The notes below the pieces were generated by a model. That model saw only the letters and a program-made list of their open reading frames with translations, made no database searches and was not told where the DNA came from. This document shows positions 31,891 to 42,627 of a stretch of 64,000 bases of DNA, piece after piece (position 1 is the stretch's first letter; every line of letters begins with the position of its first letter). The DNA is from Bdellovibrionota bacterium FG-1 (GTDB lineage Bacteria > Bdellovibrionota > UBA1018), in NCBI GenBank assembly GCA_051382295.1, contig JBBCAW010000003.1, forward strand, positions 1 to 64,000. Reading direction: 5' to 3'. A program made the translations under genes and the position numbers.

Positions 31891-34248
31891 GTGACTGCAT
31901 TTTTCACCCGGATTTTTCATCTGAGATGGGCGTTGTTTTGGGGATGGCTTTTGCTTGGGGTCGCCGCTATGGGGGGACCTTTGTCCTTTTTTCAGCCTGC
32001 GTGCGCCGACGAGGTGGTTCCCTTTTTGGGAAGGGCCATAGGAGCGATCGAGGTTCGCGGCAATAAGCGCATCGAAAAAGATGCCATTATGGCCAAGGTT
32101 GTAACTCAGGTAGGGCAACCTCTTTCAAGTGAATCAGTTCGCACGGATATTCAGAATTTGTTCGGAATGGGATATTTCGATGACATCGAGGTATCCGGCG
32201 AATCACCTGACGCGAGCCACGTTAAGTTGATTTACACGGTGCGTGAGCGCCCTGTGATTTCAAAAATCGAGTTTGACGGTAACGAACGAATCGGAACCAG
32301 TGACCTTAAAGATGTCACGAAGGTCAAAGAATACTCTATTCTCGATATTAACAAGGTTCGGGAAGATGTCGCTCTTTTGCAGAAACATTACGAGGACAAA
32401 GGTTTTTATCTGGCCAAGGTGAGTTTTGAGGTCAAGCCCGGAAAGTCGGGGGAGGTTGACCTCACTTACAAAATTAATGACTATGATAAGGTTCAGATTA
32501 AAAAAATCACTTTTCTGAACAATAAATGGTTTTCGGATGATCAACTCAAATCTATTTTTCAGGAAACCAAGGAAGGCGGGCTGCTTTCCGTTTTAAGCAG
32601 TGGCGGCAATTTTAAAGAGTCTTCTTTTAAAATGGACTTGCAACGGTTGACCTATTGGTACCTCGATCACGGGTATATCAAATTTCGGTATGAAAATCCG
32701 GTGGTGACTATCAGCGATGATAAGCGCTTTTTATTTGTTTCGATCTACGTAGACGAAGGGCAGCAATACAAGATAGGTAATGTTGATTTTGGCGGAGATC
32801 TGCTCTTTAGTAAGGATGAGCTTCATGCTGAGTTGACTCTTAAGTCGGAGGATACCTTTAGTATTTCGCGGCGAAATGCAGACATTCAGCGGCTGACCGA
32901 AAAATATCAAGATTTAGGTTACGCTTTTGTCAATGTCATCCCAGATCCTAACCCAGCGTTGGTACATGATGATGTTCACACAATGGATCTGGTCTACAAC
33001 TTTGAAAAAGGTAGCCTCGTTCATTTTGGAGAAATCAACATCACGGGTAACAGTAAGACCCATGACAAAGTGATTCGTCGTGAACTGAAAATCCATGAAG
33101 GCGAACTGTTTCATGGTACCAATCTCAGGATTTCGAAGGAAAACGTCGAGCGGCTGGGTTATTTTGCACCGGGAGAGGTGATTTTTAACCAAATTACCCC
33201 CAAGGGCAAGAATGACGTCGTTAATATCGATATTAGTATTAAAGAGCGTTCGACCGGCACGATCACCTTGGGCGCTGGTTATGGCAGTCAAAGTGGTGTC
33301 TTTTTTACAGGAACCGTTTCTGAGATCAATTTTTTAGGTCGCGGACAAACGCTGAGCCTTTCAGCTCAATATTCGGCTAATACCACCCAGCGAAGCGTTA
33401 ATCTTGGGTTTACTGATCCCTATGCCTTTGACACACGCTGGTCGATGGGCGGGGATATCTTTCGAGTGATTTTCCCGATTCCGCAGACTTATTCGACTCG
33501 AAAAATGGGATTTGATTTTAGAGTCGGTTACCCGCTGGCTGAGTACGTTTATGGATATAGTACCTATAAGTTTGAAGGTCTACAGATGTTTGATGTCTAT
33601 CCAGATGTGCCGCAGGCGCGTGTGGATTCCGACTCGGGTATTTTATCAAGCGTCGTATGGAGTATGATTCGGGATAAGCGCAATAACCGATTTGAGACAA
33701 CGGGTGGTAATTACCAGAGCGTTTCCCTCGAAACAGCCGGCTTAGGGGGCGATAAGCACTTTTTGAAGTCGACGCTGAATAACCGTTTTTATACTCGAGT
33801 CGTCGGTGATTTGGTGTTTAGAACGAGTCAAGAAGTCGGTGGGATGACCTCCTTGTCGGATCGCCCTTTGGCTCCTTCTGAGAAATTTTACCTGGGTGGA
33901 CCCAATAACATGAAGGGCTATCAGCTTTTCATGCTTGGGCCCAAAGCCTTTAAACCCGATGGTCGGCCGACCCCTTTGGGGGGGACTTTTGACGCCTTTG
34001 CTTTGGCGGAGTTAGAGTACCCATTGATTCGCGAAGCGGGCCTCAAATGGGTCACTTTTTTCGATGTAGGAAACTGTTGGGATCGCTTTCCTACGGGCGA
34101 CGATCTTGCCCTTCGTACCGACGCGGGTTTCGGGATTCGTTGGTTTTCACCTATCGGCCCATTGCGGTTTGAGTGGGGATTCCCCTTTAATCGAAGGCCG
34201 GATGAAGACGCGATGGTGTTTTCGTTCTTTATCGGTCCGCCGTTTTGA
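31891..34248 (+). CDS. bamA: Outer membrane protein assembly factor BamA
   Basis: POTRA repeats, FYLGG..MKGY, WFSPIGPLRF, terminal Phe. Confidence 0.96.
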   Translation: MTAFFTRIFHLRWALFWGWLLLGVAAMGGPLSFFQPACADEVVPFLGRAIGAIEVRGNKRIEKDAIMAKVVTQVGQPLSSESVRTDIQNLFGMGYFDDIEVSGESPDASHVKLIYTVRERPVISKIEFDGNERIGTSDLKDVTKVKEYSILDINKVREDVALLQKHYEDKGFYLAKVSFEVKPGKSGEVDLTYKINDYDKVQIKKITFLNNKWFSDDQLKSIFQETKEGGLLSVLSSGGNFKESSFKMDLQRLTYWYLDHGYIKFRYENPVVTISDDKRFLFVSIYVDEGQQYKIGNVDFGGDLLFSKDELHAELTLKSEDTFSISRRNADIQRLTEKYQDLGYAFVNVIPDPNPALVHDDVHTMDLVYNFEKGSLVHFGEINITGNSKTHDKVIRRELKIHEGELFHGTNLRISKENVERLGYFAPGEVIFNQITPKGKNDVVNIDISIKERSTGTITLGAGYGSQSGVFFTGTVSEINFLGRGQTLSLSAQYSANTTQRSVNLGFTDPYAFDTRWSMGGDIFRVIFPIPQTYSTRKMGFDFRVGYPLAEYVYGYSTYKFEGLQMFDVYPDVPQARVDSDSGILSSVVWSMIRDKRNNRFETTGGNYQSVSLETAGLGGDKHFLKSTLNNRFYTRVVGDLVFRTSQEVGGMTSLSDRPLAPSEKFYLGGPNNMKGYQLFMLGPKAFKPDGRPTPLGGTFDAFALAELEYPLIREAGLKWVTFFDVGNCWDRFPTGDDLALRTDAGFGIRWFSPIGPLRFEWGFPFNRRPDEDAMVFSFFIGPPF

Positions 34249-34316
34249 TGGATTGTTTTTTTTAGTTTGAGTCATGATGTAAAATCGTTTTTTATTGAGT
34301 CAAGGGAGGCTTAAAA

Positions 34317-34886
34317 ATGGGAATTGGAATGAATCAATATAAGGTTTTGTCTGTGGTTGTTGTACTGCTTTTGGCCTCGCTTGGCGTGTCTGGGTTTCAC
34401 GCTCAGTTGGCCCGGGCGTCTGAAGAATCGGGAGTGAAGATCGCGACTGTCGACATGCAAAAAGCGTTGCAGTCTGTTGAAGCAGGCAAGAAAGCCAAAT
34501 CGCAGCTCGAAAAAGAGTTCAATACTAAGAAGAAGGCACTTCAGTCTGAGGAAGTTGCTATTAAAAAAATGGGCGAGGAATTCAAGAAGCAGGCTGCTGT
34601 GATGAACGAAGACGCTCGCGCCAAAAAGCAGGCTGAAATTCAAGAACGGATTATGCGTTTTCAGGAAACCACAGGTCGTTCGCAGGCTGAAATTCAGCAA
34701 AAAGAACGGGATCTGACGTCACCGATTATCGTCAAGATGCGTGCGATTATTTCAGAAATGGCAAAACAAAAGGGCTATTCAGTGGTTCTTGAGAAGAACG
34801 AAAATACTGTTTTGTTTTCGCTTGAAAAGGATGACCTCACCAGCGAAGTGGTTTCAATCTACAATAAAAAAGCGGATAAGAGCTGA
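34317..34886 (+). CDS. skp: Skp/OmpH periplasmic chaperone
   Basis: KIATVDMQKAL, coiled coil, position after bamA. Confidence 0.92.
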   Translation: MGIGMNQYKVLSVVVVLLLASLGVSGFHAQLARASEESGVKIATVDMQKALQSVEAGKKAKSQLEKEFNTKKKALQSEEVAIKKMGEEFKKQAAVMNEDARAKKQAEIQERIMRFQETTGRSQAEIQQKERDLTSPIIVKMRAIISEMAKQKGYSVVLEKNENTVLFSLEKDDLTSEVVSIYNKKADKS

Positions 34887-34888
34887 GG

Positions 34889-36022
34889 GTGGCTGTCGCC
34901 TCGTTTGGCGTTTCGGAAATTTGTCGGTGGATCGGGGGCCGAGTAGTCAACGGCGAGCTGCTTGAGGCGGCCCTTGATTCCATTCGTGTTGAATGTGCCG
35001 GTGCGTTAGGAAAATCACAGCCCAACGAGGTGGCTTTCTTTTTTTCGAAAAACTACCAGCAAGAGTTGCCTTCGGCGCGACCCGGAATTTTGGTTACGGG
35101 TGAGGCCTTTGTTGGGCCCTTGCTCGCTTCCGGCTTACCGTGTTTGAAAACTTCAGTCATTGTGGCCTGTCCTGATCCTTATCTTGGGATGGCGTTAATT
35201 TCTGAGAAGTTGGCACGAGGTCTTTCGACGGTCGCCCATCTGGTGGCGGATGCGCTTGATCGAAAGGGGCCACCCGAAGTTCATCCTAGTGCGGTGGTGG
35301 ACTCGAGCGCGGAGCTGGGGCTTGGTGTGAAGGTTGGCGCGCATTCGGTGATCGAAGCGGGGGCTCGCATTGGAGCCGGTTCAGTTATTTATCCAGGATG
35401 TTTTGTCGGGCCCAAGTGTTTGGTGGGTGAATGTTGTGTTTTTTTCCCGAACGTCGTTATTTACGAAGGGAGCCTGATCGGGAACCGGGTGCGAATTCAT
35501 GCGAATTCGACGGTCGGGTCCGATGGCTTTGGCTATGCCGTTCAGGTGGAAAAAACTGTCCAAGGCATTCGGCCGCTTAAGCATCACAAAATCTATCATC
35601 TCGGAAAAGTGGTCATCGGTGATGATGTCGAAATCGGAGCCAATTCCTGCATTGATCGTGGAACCCTATCGGACACGCGGATCGAGCGAGGGGCTAAGAT
35701 CGATAACCAGGTGCATCTGGGACATAATTCGTTTATCGACGAGGGGGCTATTTTGTGTGGAGCGGTCACCTTGGCCGGCCACGCAAGTGTGGGTAAGTTT
35801 GCCTACGTTGGCGGACTGACCGGGGTGACTAATCAGGTTCACATTGGGGATGGGGCCAAAGTAGCGGCGATGACGTTAGTTTCTAAGGATATAGCACCGG
35901 GCCAAACAGCGGTGGGAAATCCCCAGCGTGCTCATCGGGAGCATTTCAGAGTTCATGCCTGGTTGAATAAATTAGCGCTCAAGGGGACGCGTCGGTCCAA
36001 AGAGAGTGAAGACCAAAAATGA
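34889..36022 (+). CDS. lpxD: UDP-3-O-acyl-glucosamine N-acyltransferase
   Basis: Hexapeptide repeats, GSDGFGY, IDRG, KIDNQVHLGHN. Confidence 0.95.
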   Translation: MAVASFGVSEICRWIGGRVVNGELLEAALDSIRVECAGALGKSQPNEVAFFFSKNYQQELPSARPGILVTGEAFVGPLLASGLPCLKTSVIVACPDPYLGMALISEKLARGLSTVAHLVADALDRKGPPEVHPSAVVDSSAELGLGVKVGAHSVIEAGARIGAGSVIYPGCFVGPKCLVGECCVFFPNVVIYEGSLIGNRVRIHANSTVGSDGFGYAVQVEKTVQGIRPLKHHKIYHLGKVVIGDDVEIGANSCIDRGTLSDTRIERGAKIDNQVHLGHNSFIDEGAILCGAVTLAGHASVGKFAYVGGLTGVTNQVHIGDGAKVAAMTLVSKDIAPGQTAVGNPQRAHREHFRVHAWLNKLALKGTRRSKESEDQK

Positions 36023-36552
36023 CCGAAAATCCGTATTTTTTGACTATTGAGCAAATCCAGAGATTTCTTCCCCATCGGCCCCCTTTTTTATTGGTGGATC
36101 GAATTTTGGGCATTCATCCCACGGGCGATGTGTCAGATATGTCCTCTAAAGGTAAGGTGGGGACTCGGGTCGTGGGGCTCAAGGCGGTTTCTTTTAATGA
36201 ATCCTATTTTCAGGGGCATTTTCCTGGGCACGCTATTTTGCCTGGGGTTTTGCTCTTGGAGACCATGGCTCAAATTTCAAGTTTTTCGTTGTATCCCTAT
36301 CTGAGTAGGCAACCAGACGGGATTGAGACACTCGCCAAGAATTTTCAATGTGTTTTTGTGGGCGTGGATTCGGCGCGGTTTCGCCGTCCGGTCGTTCCGG
36401 GTGATCTTCTGAAGATTGAAACGACTGTGACAAAAACGCGTGGGCGCCTTTGGGTGTTCGAGTGCCATGCTACGGTGGATGGCCAAAGGGTGGCTGAGGC
36501 GGATATTATGGCCAATTTGATTGCCAATTCTGATTTGGAGGGTTCCAAGTGA
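36019..36552 (+). CDS. fabZ: 3-hydroxyacyl-ACP dehydratase
   Basis: LPHRPPFLLVDR, FQGHFPG..LPGVLLLETMAQ. Confidence 0.95.
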   Translation: MTENPYFLTIEQIQRFLPHRPPFLLVDRILGIHPTGDVSDMSSKGKVGTRVVGLKAVSFNESYFQGHFPGHAILPGVLLLETMAQISSFSLYPYLSRQPDGIETLAKNFQCVFVGVDSARFRRPVVPGDLLKIETTVTKTRGRLWVFECHATVDGQRVAEADIMANLIANSDLEGSK

Positions 36553-37322
36553 TTCATCCGACGGCGTTTGTGGACAAAAAGGCTGAGTTGGATTCATCCG
36601 TAGAGGTGGGACCTTTTTGTACCATTGGCCCTCATGTCCGGATCGGTAAAGGGACGCGGCTCGTAAGTCATGTGGTCTTGGATGGGTGGACTGAAATTGG
36701 GCCGGACAATACTATTTTCCCCTTTGCCGTTTTAGGGGCGGTTCCGCAAGATCTTAAATATCGAGGCGAACCCACTCAGTTGGTCATCGGAAGTCGCAAT
36801 GTCATTCGCGAATCCGTGACTATGAATTTGGGAACTGTCGGAGGTGGTGGTCTTACAAAATTGGGCGATGATAACTTGATCATGGCCTATACTCATTTTG
36901 GTCATGACTGCATCGTAGGTAATCATTGCATCGTCGCGAATTACGCAGGTTTAGCGGGTCATGTTATTTTGGGTGATTATGTCACGATTGCGGGCCAAGT
37001 CGGTATTTCGCCTTTTGTGAATATTGGCGATCACGCTTATGTGACCGGGCAAACCGGGGTCGAAAAAGATGTTACGCCTTTCACGATTGTGATGGGGCAG
37101 CGACCGGCCTCGGTTAAGGGGTGTAACATCGTCGGATTGCGCCGAAGGGGTTATTCGGCGGAGATTATTCAAAAGATTAACGAATCGATTAAGCTTTGGC
37201 AGCGTCCAGATGTTCAAAAAGAACAATGCTTACTCGAAATAGAGTCTCAGTACGGTGAGTACAAAGAAATTCATCAATTTGTCTCGTTTATTCGAAAAAG
37301 CGAGATTGGGGTGACTCGGTAA
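36549..37322 (+). CDS. lpxA: Acyl-ACP--UDP-GlcNAc O-acyltransferase
   Basis: IHPTA, PQDLKY, HFGHDC, LAGHV, GLRRRG. Confidence 0.96.
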   Translation: MIHPTAFVDKKAELDSSVEVGPFCTIGPHVRIGKGTRLVSHVVLDGWTEIGPDNTIFPFAVLGAVPQDLKYRGEPTQLVIGSRNVIRESVTMNLGTVGGGGLTKLGDDNLIMAYTHFGHDCIVGNHCIVANYAGLAGHVILGDYVTIAGQVGISPFVNIGDHAYVTGQTGVEKDVTPFTIVMGQRPASVKGCNIVGLRRRGYSAEIIQKINESIKLWQRPDVQKEQCLLEIESQYGEYKEIHQFVSFIRKSEIGVTR

Positions 37323-37330
37323 TCATCCAG

Positions 37331-38560
37331 GTGACGAAAGTTCTTATTTCAGCCGCAGAAACATCTTCAGACGCGCATGGGGCGGAGTTACTTCGGGCTC
37401 TTAAGATTCTGGATCCGACGGTCGAGGCCTTTGGAGTGGGGGGGCCTCGACTTCAAGGGGTGGGCTTGCGGACGTGGGTTGATGCACGTGAACTTTTGGC
37501 GATGGGGTTTTTTGAAATTTTTAGTCGATTGCCCCGTATTTTGCGGGCGCTAAAAAAAGTAGGAAAATTAGCCGCTATTGAAAAACCCGATGTTGCCGTG
37601 GTGATTGATTATCCTGATTTTCATTTTAGATTGGCGCGCCGACTGAGGACGCTTGGAATTCCCGTGGTCTACTATATTCCACCTAAGGTTTGGGTTTGGC
37701 GTAAAAACCGGATCAGGATTCTAAAGGAGCAGTTTGCTAAGGTCTTAAGTATTCTGCCTTTTGAGGTCGAATTTTATCAGCGCGAAAAGGTACCGGTTTG
37801 TTATGTGGGCAATCCTTTGGTGGATGAACTTCCGCTTGAAATGACGCGTGAGCAGGCGCGAAACCGTTTGGATCTTTCGTTACAGAAACAAGCTCTAGTC
37901 GTCATGCCCGGAAGTCGTCCCTCGGAAATTAGACGTCATCTGGGTTTGATGCTCGATGCGGCGAAGCAGGCGGCTGTTCAGCTTCGGGTTCGACAGAAAC
38001 TGAAGCCCGACGAACGCCTGGTGGTGTTGATGCCGTTTCCGGTGACCTCGGATATCGAAACGGTTCGAGCTCAAGCGGATGAATGGGTCAAGAAACAAAA
38101 GGACGCAGATCTTTTATTGGATTTGCGGGTTTCACAGGGAGACGCGCACGAGTGTTTAGTGGCTGCAGACGCGGGTTTAATTAAGTCGGGCACCTCAACG
38201 CTGGAAGCTGCACTTCTGAAGTGTCCTCATGTGATTGTTTACAAGCCCAACTGGGTGACTGAGTTCATTTATCGTCACTGGATTCGTTATCCCGGTCCGG
38301 TGGGGCTTTCTAACTTGATTGCGGGGTGGTCCCCTGAAAATCCTTTTCTCATCACCGAGCTGCTTTGTTCGGACGCCACGGTTGAAGCTTTGGCGGTTGA
38401 GGCTTTGGGTCTTTTGTTAGATCCAGAAAAAAAACAACGTCAGCTCGACGGGTTTTCGGCTATTCGGGAGAAAATTCTACCCGCTGGCGGCGAAAGTCCG
38501 AGTGCAATGGCGGCGCGTGAGGTGTTGGGGGTTGCGCGGGCCGGATCAAAGCCATGCTGA
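37331..38560 (+). CDS. lpxB: Lipid-A-disaccharide synthase
   Basis: ETSSDAHG, IDYPDF, ILPFE, VGNPL, PGSR, KSGTSTLE. Confidence 0.95.
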   Translation: MTKVLISAAETSSDAHGAELLRALKILDPTVEAFGVGGPRLQGVGLRTWVDARELLAMGFFEIFSRLPRILRALKKVGKLAAIEKPDVAVVIDYPDFHFRLARRLRTLGIPVVYYIPPKVWVWRKNRIRILKEQFAKVLSILPFEVEFYQREKVPVCYVGNPLVDELPLEMTREQARNRLDLSLQKQALVVMPGSRPSEIRRHLGLMLDAAKQAAVQLRVRQKLKPDERLVVLMPFPVTSDIETVRAQADEWVKKQKDADLLLDLRVSQGDAHECLVAADAGLIKSGTSTLEAALLKCPHVIVYKPNWVTEFIYRHWIRYPGPVGLSNLIAGWSPENPFLITELLCSDATVEALAVEALGLLLDPEKKQRQLDGFSAIREKILPAGGESPSAMAAREVLGVARAGSKPC

Positions 38561-39501
38561 AGGGGTTGGTTTCGGCCATTTGGTCCAGTGTGTCGGCTGG
38601 AATGAGGTGGGCTATTCGACATGGCTGGGTAAAACAAGCCCAGCTCCCAGTGAGGGTGATTAGCGTCGGAAATATTCAGGCCGGAGGCGCAGGGAAAACA
38701 CCGCTCGTGGCTGAAATCGCCCGGCAGGCCGAAGCGCGAGGCTTGAAGGTTTGTATTCTTTCGCGCGGATATGGCGGGGAGTGGGAGCGGTCGGGAGGGG
38801 TGATCTTGCCACGGGACGGTCAGGCCGATTTGCCGAGAGCCTCCCAGTGTGGAGATGAGCCAGCCTTGCTTCATGATCTTGTTCCAGGTGCCGTGATAGG
38901 TGTGGGCGCGGATCGGATTCGTCAGTTTGAGCAGGTTCAGGCGAAGTGGGGTCAACCTGATTTAGTACTTCTGGACGATGGGTTTCAGCACTGGAAAATA
39001 AAAAAAGATCTCGAAATCGTCGCGGTGACATCGGCAAAACGGACTGAGGTTTTTTTTCGCGACTGGAGCAGTGCGCTTCGGGATGCCGATTTATTGGTTT
39101 GGACGAAAGGTGAGACGCGTCCAAAGACGCGCCCTGAGGGGGGGGAGCAGGTGAGAGTGCGATACCGAATCGGTCCACCCTCTTCGCGCCAGGAGCAGTT
39201 TTGGTTGGTGACTGGGGTGGCCGATGGTCCATCAGTCGAAGTGTTGGTTCGAGCGGCTGGATTTAATTTGATTCGGCACATTTCGTTTCCGGATCATGCG
39301 CGCTACGCTAAGATAGAAGTCAAAGCCATCATAGACGCAGCAGAGAGAGCAGGGGCTCGCGTATTGGTTACGGGGAAGGATTGGGTCAAGTGGCGAGATC
39401 TTCTGGAGGCGCCAACGTCTTTGCGAGTCCAGGTCCTTGAACCCGAATTGGAATGGTTGGAGGGCAGGGACGCTTGGAATCACCAGTTGTGGGAACGTTA
39501 G
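38554..39501 (+). CDS. lpxK: Tetraacyldisaccharide 4'-kinase
   Basis: SVGNIQAGGAGKTP, SRGYG, GDEP, DDGFQH, FPDH. Confidence 0.93.
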   Translation: MLKGLVSAIWSSVSAGMRWAIRHGWVKQAQLPVRVISVGNIQAGGAGKTPLVAEIARQAEARGLKVCILSRGYGGEWERSGGVILPRDGQADLPRASQCGDEPALLHDLVPGAVIGVGADRIRQFEQVQAKWGQPDLVLLDDGFQHWKIKKDLEIVAVTSAKRTEVFFRDWSSALRDADLLVWTKGETRPKTRPEGGEQVRVRYRIGPPSSRQEQFWLVTGVADGPSVEVLVRAAGFNLIRHISFPDHARYAKIEVKAIIDAAERAGARVLVTGKDWVKWRDLLEAPTSLRVQVLEPELEWLEGRDAWNHQLWER

Positions 39502-40430
39502 TTTTATTCTTTTTACGGGCAATCGCGTGGTTTTACTATTTTCAGCCGCGCCAGCTCAAACGACTTTTTGGGCGAGCCTTGGGAAGTTTGCTGAGGCGAC
39601 TCTCCATTCGGGCAAAGATTGTTGAACAGAATCTCCTGTATGCTTTTCCAGACTCGGCACAAAAAAGGGAAGAGCTGTTTCGAGAGTCCTATGTTCATTT
39701 CGGAAATTTGATTTTTGAGGTCTTGCTGCTTTTGGGCCCGATGAAGCGGTTTATTCAAAAGAATGCCGATTTGAGCGGGATTGAGTATTGGCGCGACGCA
39801 AAAAAGCAGGGTAAGGGGGTCATTTTTTTGGCCAGTCACCTAGGTAATTGGGAGGTGATGGCAGCTGCGGGGGCTTTTTTGGGGGGAATAGACCTCTTGA
39901 TGGTGACCAAGCACCTCAAGCCCGAATGGCTTCATCAGGCGATCGAATCCGGCCGTCGAAAACTTGGCGTTGAGGCGACCTATGAGCCTCGGACGCTGAA
40001 GGATGTTCTGAGGCACCTGAAGCGCAACGGGACGATTGGGTTCGTGCTCGATCAATACGCGGGTCCGCCGGTTGGGGTACGCGTGCCGGTGTTTGGGATT
40101 CCCGTCGGTACTTCCACAGCCATAGCAGCACTGGCAAAGCGGACGGGCGCGGTCGTACTTTCGGTGGTCAACTATCGAAGTTTAGATGGACGTTGGAAGG
40201 TCGAGATTGGGCCACCCGTTGAGTGGCAACAGGTTGATCGCCCCCAGCAGGGGGGAATCGCTGAGAATTCGACCTACGAATTGGCGTTAAACACGGCTTC
40301 GTATTCGGCTCGTTTGGAAAAGGATATCTATACTCACCCCGGCCAGTGGCTTTGGACTCATCGGCGTTTTAAAGGGGATTTGCAGCCCCTTCGTCCGGGC
40401 GAATGGTATGAGGGGCGAGCTCGTGCGTGA
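39489..40430 (+). CDS. Lipid A late acyltransferase (LpxL/HtrB family)
   Basis: HLGNWE, LDQ, QWLWTHRRFK. Confidence 0.9.
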   Translation: MGTLVLFFLRAIAWFYYFQPRQLKRLFGRALGSLLRRLSIRAKIVEQNLLYAFPDSAQKREELFRESYVHFGNLIFEVLLLLGPMKRFIQKNADLSGIEYWRDAKKQGKGVIFLASHLGNWEVMAAAGAFLGGIDLLMVTKHLKPEWLHQAIESGRRKLGVEATYEPRTLKDVLRHLKRNGTIGFVLDQYAGPPVGVRVPVFGIPVGTSTAIAALAKRTGAVVLSVVNYRSLDGRWKVEIGPPVEWQQVDRPQQGGIAENSTYELALNTASYSARLEKDIYTHPGQWLWTHRRFKGDLQPLRPGEWYEGRARA

Positions 40431-40480
40431 TTTACTCTGAAAACCTTGCGCAGAGCTTCCTGATCTCATAATCTAAGTGA

Positions 40481-41533
40481 ATGATTCTTCAGTTCTTCCC
40501 AAGGGTGGGACGGCCTTTTGTGGTGGCGTGCATTTTGGCCGGCGTGGCTGCGGGTTGTGCGCAGGGTACTCTGGGACGGGTGTCTGAAACCGACGATCTT
40601 CCGAAGGATCTATCGAAGGATCTTCAGGACAAATTTCATGTTACCGAAATCGTGGGTGCGGCCACGCCTGGGCCGGTTCCATCTGCAACGCCTGAGGTTT
40701 ATCAAGAACCTAAGGTCGTCAAAAAAAAACACAAAACTTCAAAAAAAACACCGTTGGCCCATGTTTCGCCCGCTCCCTCCGTCGCGGTGACGGTGCCTTT
40801 TGCATTTCCGAACCGTCGTCCCCCCATTGATCCTCTCTGGGTGGGTGAAAAAGCGACCTATGATATTACTTATTTTGGGATGTCGGCGGGGGATTTCACG
40901 CTGGAGCTTTTGCCTTATAAGGCAATCGATGGAAGGAAAGTTTACCACGTCCGTGGCAATGCGGTGAGTTCGAAGGTTTTTAGCCTGCTTTATCGTCTGA
41001 ATGACATGGTGGAGACGTTTATTGATTTTGATGGCTTATTTTCCCATCGTTTTCATATTGTTTTAGATGAAACCAAACAGGCTCGTGATTCGTTAGAGCT
41101 TTATGATGCCCAAAAGAAGCAAACCTTTTATTGGAATCGTTGGAACCATAAAGCTCGAGGTTACTCCGAAACCAAAGAATTTTCGCCGATTGAGCCTTTT
41201 TCGCAGGATAGTCTTTCCGCCCTTTACTATCTGCGCACGCTCCCTTTGGTCGATGGAGGCGTCTATAGTGTTCCCGTTGTTTCCGAGGGAAAAAGTTGGG
41301 AAGCGGTGGTGACCGTAGTTCGTCGCGAAGAAATGCGGACGCCTATGGGACGAGTTCAGTGCATTGTATTAAAACCCGAGACTAAGTATCAAGGAATGCT
41401 CAAAAAACAGGGTGATAGCTATCTGTGGCTGACTGATGATGATCGCCGGGTGGCGGTTCGCTTGGAAGCTAAAGTGCGAATTGGGACTGTCGTATCTAAT
41501 CTGAGGAAATATGAGCCAGGGACGCCCCCGTGA
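40481..41533 (+). CDS. DUF3108-like lipoprotein
   Basis: Lipobox AAGC, GEKATYDITYFG, QDSLSALYYLR, WLTDDDRRV. Confidence 0.75.
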   Translation: MILQFFPRVGRPFVVACILAGVAAGCAQGTLGRVSETDDLPKDLSKDLQDKFHVTEIVGAATPGPVPSATPEVYQEPKVVKKKHKTSKKTPLAHVSPAPSVAVTVPFAFPNRRPPIDPLWVGEKATYDITYFGMSAGDFTLELLPYKAIDGRKVYHVRGNAVSSKVFSLLYRLNDMVETFIDFDGLFSHRFHIVLDETKQARDSLELYDAQKKQTFYWNRWNHKARGYSETKEFSPIEPFSQDSLSALYYLRTLPLVDGGVYSVPVVSEGKSWEAVVTVVRREEMRTPMGRVQCIVLKPETKYQGMLKKQGDSYLWLTDDDRRVAVRLEAKVRIGTVVSNLRKYEPGTPP

Positions 41534-42627
41534 AAAAGACGATCCTGGTTCGTGCCCCCAATTGGATTGGCGATCAGGTGCTGACGTATCCTTTTTTTTA
41601 TTATCTGCGAAAAGCCAATCCTCAGGCCCGCATTGTGGTCGCTTGTGTTGCTTGGGTGGAGGCGATTCAATTTCGTGATTTGGTCGATGACGTTTATGTG
41701 TTGCCACGGTCGATAGGAACGGGTCTCCGGGCACGTTTCGAGGCCGTTGCAGCTGCGGCACGGGAGCTTCGAGCGGAGGTTGCAGGACGAGGAGAGTGGG
41801 ACGAAGCTTATTGTCTTCCTCATTCGTTATCGGCGGCCTGGTTGGTTTTTCGGGCCGGTGCCAAGATCCGGCGCGGCTACGGGACTGACGCTCGAGGAGT
41901 GCTTTTGAAACCCGCAATATCTTGGGAGAAACGAAAATCCACTCATCGCGCCGAGGATTATGTGGGTTTGCTGCCCCCTGAGGCCCAGCCTACTGGGCTG
42001 CCGGTTCGGGGGTTTTGGGGTGTGCCGCCTGAGAATGAATTGGATCCCGGCAGTCGCGGCGAAATGGAGCGGTTCGATGCGCTGGTGGCTTGGCCGGGTG
42101 CGGAGCCGCTTGATCCGCCGTCTGGAGAGTATTGGATTATGGCACCCGGTAGTCAGGCGCCTAGCCGAAGGTGGCCGCTTTCACAATTTGCGGAATTGGC
42201 GAGGCAGGTTTTTTTTTCGACCGGATGGCGAGGCGTGATTGTAGGGGGGCCTGGTGAGGCACCTCTCGCTCGTGAATTGGTTTCAGATCGTTCGTTGGGG
42301 CTATTGGACATGACCGCGCTCGGCAGCGTTGCATCGAATTGGCGATTGTTTGCTGGGGCACGCTTTACGGTGACCAATGATTCGGGGCTCGCTCATGTGG
42401 CCGCCTTGTGCGGCTCTCCTACTCAGGTGGTTTGGGGGGCGGGCGATCCCAAGCGGACTGAACCTCTTGGACCCGGAAAAGTGCGCATTTTGTTTAATCC
42501 CGTGGAATGCTGGCCCTGCGAGCGAAATCAATGCGCGTTGTCTGCTGCCCGTCAGATCGAATGCCTACGAGGCATTCAAGCATCTCAAGTATGGAAGGAG
42601 ATCCAGAGTGGCCTTCGACCTCGGTGA
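41530..42627 (+). CDS. GT9 glycosyltransferase (heptosyltransferase II / WaaF-like)
   Basis: PNWIGD, RRWP, TNDSGLAHVAA. Confidence 0.88.
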   Translation: MKKTILVRAPNWIGDQVLTYPFFYYLRKANPQARIVVACVAWVEAIQFRDLVDDVYVLPRSIGTGLRARFEAVAAAARELRAEVAGRGEWDEAYCLPHSLSAAWLVFRAGAKIRRGYGTDARGVLLKPAISWEKRKSTHRAEDYVGLLPPEAQPTGLPVRGFWGVPPENELDPGSRGEMERFDALVAWPGAEPLDPPSGEYWIMAPGSQAPSRRWPLSQFAELARQVFFSTGWRGVIVGGPGEAPLARELVSDRSLGLLDMTALGSVASNWRLFAGARFTVTNDSGLAHVAALCGSPTQVVWGAGDPKRTEPLGPGKVRILFNPVECWPCERNQCALSAARQIECLRGIQASQVWKEIQSGLRPR